58,940 bases of DNA from positions 1-58,940 of the forward strand of contig JBJMHD010000060.1 of NCBI GenBank assembly GCA_045807565.1, written 5' to 3'. The DNA comes from Acidimicrobiales bacterium (GTDB taxonomy: Bacteria; Actinomycetota; Acidimicrobiia; Acidimicrobiales; VFJN01). The position numbers and the translations under genes were made by a program. This document shows, piece by piece, positions 57,766-58,940 of the stretch. The notes below the pieces were generated by a model that was not told the DNA's origin, did no database searches, and saw nothing but the letters and a program-made list of their open reading frames with translations. Position 1 is the first letter of the stretch. Each line of letters starts with the position of its first letter.

Positions 57766-58875
57766 GTGAGGAGGCACTACCTCGACCACGCGTCGACCTC
57801 GCCGCCGCGGCCTGAGGTGGTCGAGGCGGTGGCGGCGTGGCTGGGCCGGGGCGTGGGCGACCCCGGGCGCATCCACGCCGAGGGGCTCGAGGCCCGGGTG
57901 GCGGTGGAGACGGCTCGGGAGGAGGTAGCGGCGCTGCTCGGGGCGCGCCCACGGTCCGTCGTGTTCACGAGCGGGGCCACCGAGGCCATCGCCACGGCGT
58001 GCTGGGGGGCGGCGGAGCGAGGGAGCCACCAGGTGCTGGCGGCGGTCGAGCACTCGGCCGTGCGGCTCGGGGCGGAGGCCGTGAGCGAGGTCACGATCGT
58101 CGGCGTCGACTCCGCCGGGTGCATCGACCCCGCCGAGCTCGTCGCCGCGATCCGCCCGGAGACCTCCGCCGTGCACGTGCAGCTGGCCAACCACGAGGTG
58201 GGCACCGTGCAGCCTGTGGCCGACGTCGTCGATGCGTGCCGCGAGCGCGGCGTGCTCGTCCACGTGGACGCGGCCGCCGCCGTCGGGCACGCGCCCATCG
58301 AGTTCGACGACCTCGGTGCCGACCTGCTCTCCGTGTCCGCTCACAAGATGGGCGGGCCGGCCGGCGTGGGCGCGCTGCTGATCCGCCGCGGCCTGCGGCT
58401 GCGACCCCTGCTGCGCGGCGGCGAACAAGAACGGGCGCGGCGTGCGGGCCTCGAGCCCGTCGCGCTCGTCGCGGGCTTCGGCGTTGCGGCGCGCGCGCTG
58501 CACGAGACGCTGACGCAGGAGATCGACGAGCAGCGCCGGCTCACGGATCGGCTGCGGCGCGCCCTCGACGCCATGCCGGGGATCACGTCGTACGGACACG
58601 CCGCGGACCGGCTCCCCCACCTCGTGTGCGTCGGCGTCGACGGCGTCGAACCGCAGGCCGTGCTGCTCGGGCTCGACCGCGCGGGGGTGGCTGCGCACTC
58701 CGGTTCGTCGTGCTCGTCGGAGTCGCTGGAGCCGTCACCGGTGCTCGAGGCGATGGGCGTGGACGCCCACCACAGCCTCCGCCTGTCGACGGGTTGGTCC
58801 ACCACCGACGCCGACATCGACGCCGCCATGGCCGCCCTCCCGACGATCCTCCACGACCTCCGCGCCCTCCGCTGA
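57766..58875 (+). CDS. Cysteine desulfurase (IscS/NifS type)
   Basis: YLDHAS, FTSGATE, EHSAV, HVDA, SAHKMGG (PLP Lys), SGSSCSS. Confidence 0.9.
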   Translation: MRRHYLDHASTSPPRPEVVEAVAAWLGRGVGDPGRIHAEGLEARVAVETAREEVAALLGARPRSVVFTSGATEAIATACWGAAERGSHQVLAAVEHSAVRLGAEAVSEVTIVGVDSAGCIDPAELVAAIRPETSAVHVQLANHEVGTVQPVADVVDACRERGVLVHVDAAAAVGHAPIEFDDLGADLLSVSAHKMGGPAGVGALLIRRGLRLRPLLRGGEQERARRAGLEPVALVAGFGVAARALHETLTQEIDEQRRLTDRLRRALDAMPGITSYGHAADRLPHLVCVGVDGVEPQAVLLGLDRAGVAAHSGSSCSSESLEPSPVLEAMGVDAHHSLRLSTGWSTTDADIDAAMAALPTILHDLRALR

Positions 58876-58887
58876 GCCCCCCAAACC

Positions 58888-58940
58888 CGCGGCCTGTGGT
58901 CGCCCGACAGGACCCCGCTGTCGCGCGACCACAGGCCGCG
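58888..58940. repeat. Long near-perfect palindrome (22 of 23 bp stem) at the window end
   Basis: cgcggcctgtggtcgc-c-cgacag [gaccccg] ctgtcg-c-gcgaccacaggccgcg. Confidence 0.75.

Overview
High-GC, gene-dense chromosomal segment of an actinobacterium. Gene content and order suggest class Acidimicrobiia (inference). The left part is the conserved argS-lysA-hom-thrC...rho-rpmE-prfA-prmC block, with thrH where thrB normally sits, followed by tRNA-Arg(CCG). The middle holds metabolic genes (GH15 + glucose dehydrogenase, hydrolases, acyl-CoA dehydrogenase, SDR, LCP, FrhB-like protein, UdgB, histidine phosphatase/DUF3090/SCO1664 trio). The right part holds etfBA, DAGK-whiB1-pdtaS, GGT, an ArsA/Get3 pair, an MsrP-like/cytochrome b pair and an Fe-S biogenesis trio (Mrp, SufR-like regulator, cysteine desulfurase). 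I saw no integrase, transposase, prophage or CRISPR array. The most striking item is missing from the ORF track: a 38-aa Trp/Gly/Arg tandem-repeat peptide gene (37901-38017, minus; MNKIGVEWGGRGVEWGGRGNAWRGNAWRGNAWRGNAWR). It has its own promoter-like element, a strong RBS and a downstream hairpin, and lies directly upstream of a membrane-anchored GAF-GGDEF(degenerate)-EAL gene. Secondary items are a 101-bp insert that duplicates a TGATG gene junction and encodes a coupled mini-ORF, a dispersed palindromic REP-like family, a recurring GCAGG-N17-CGAA promoter-like motif, and pervasive leaderless-type gene starts. All calls come from reading the sequence and recalling motifs; no searches were run.
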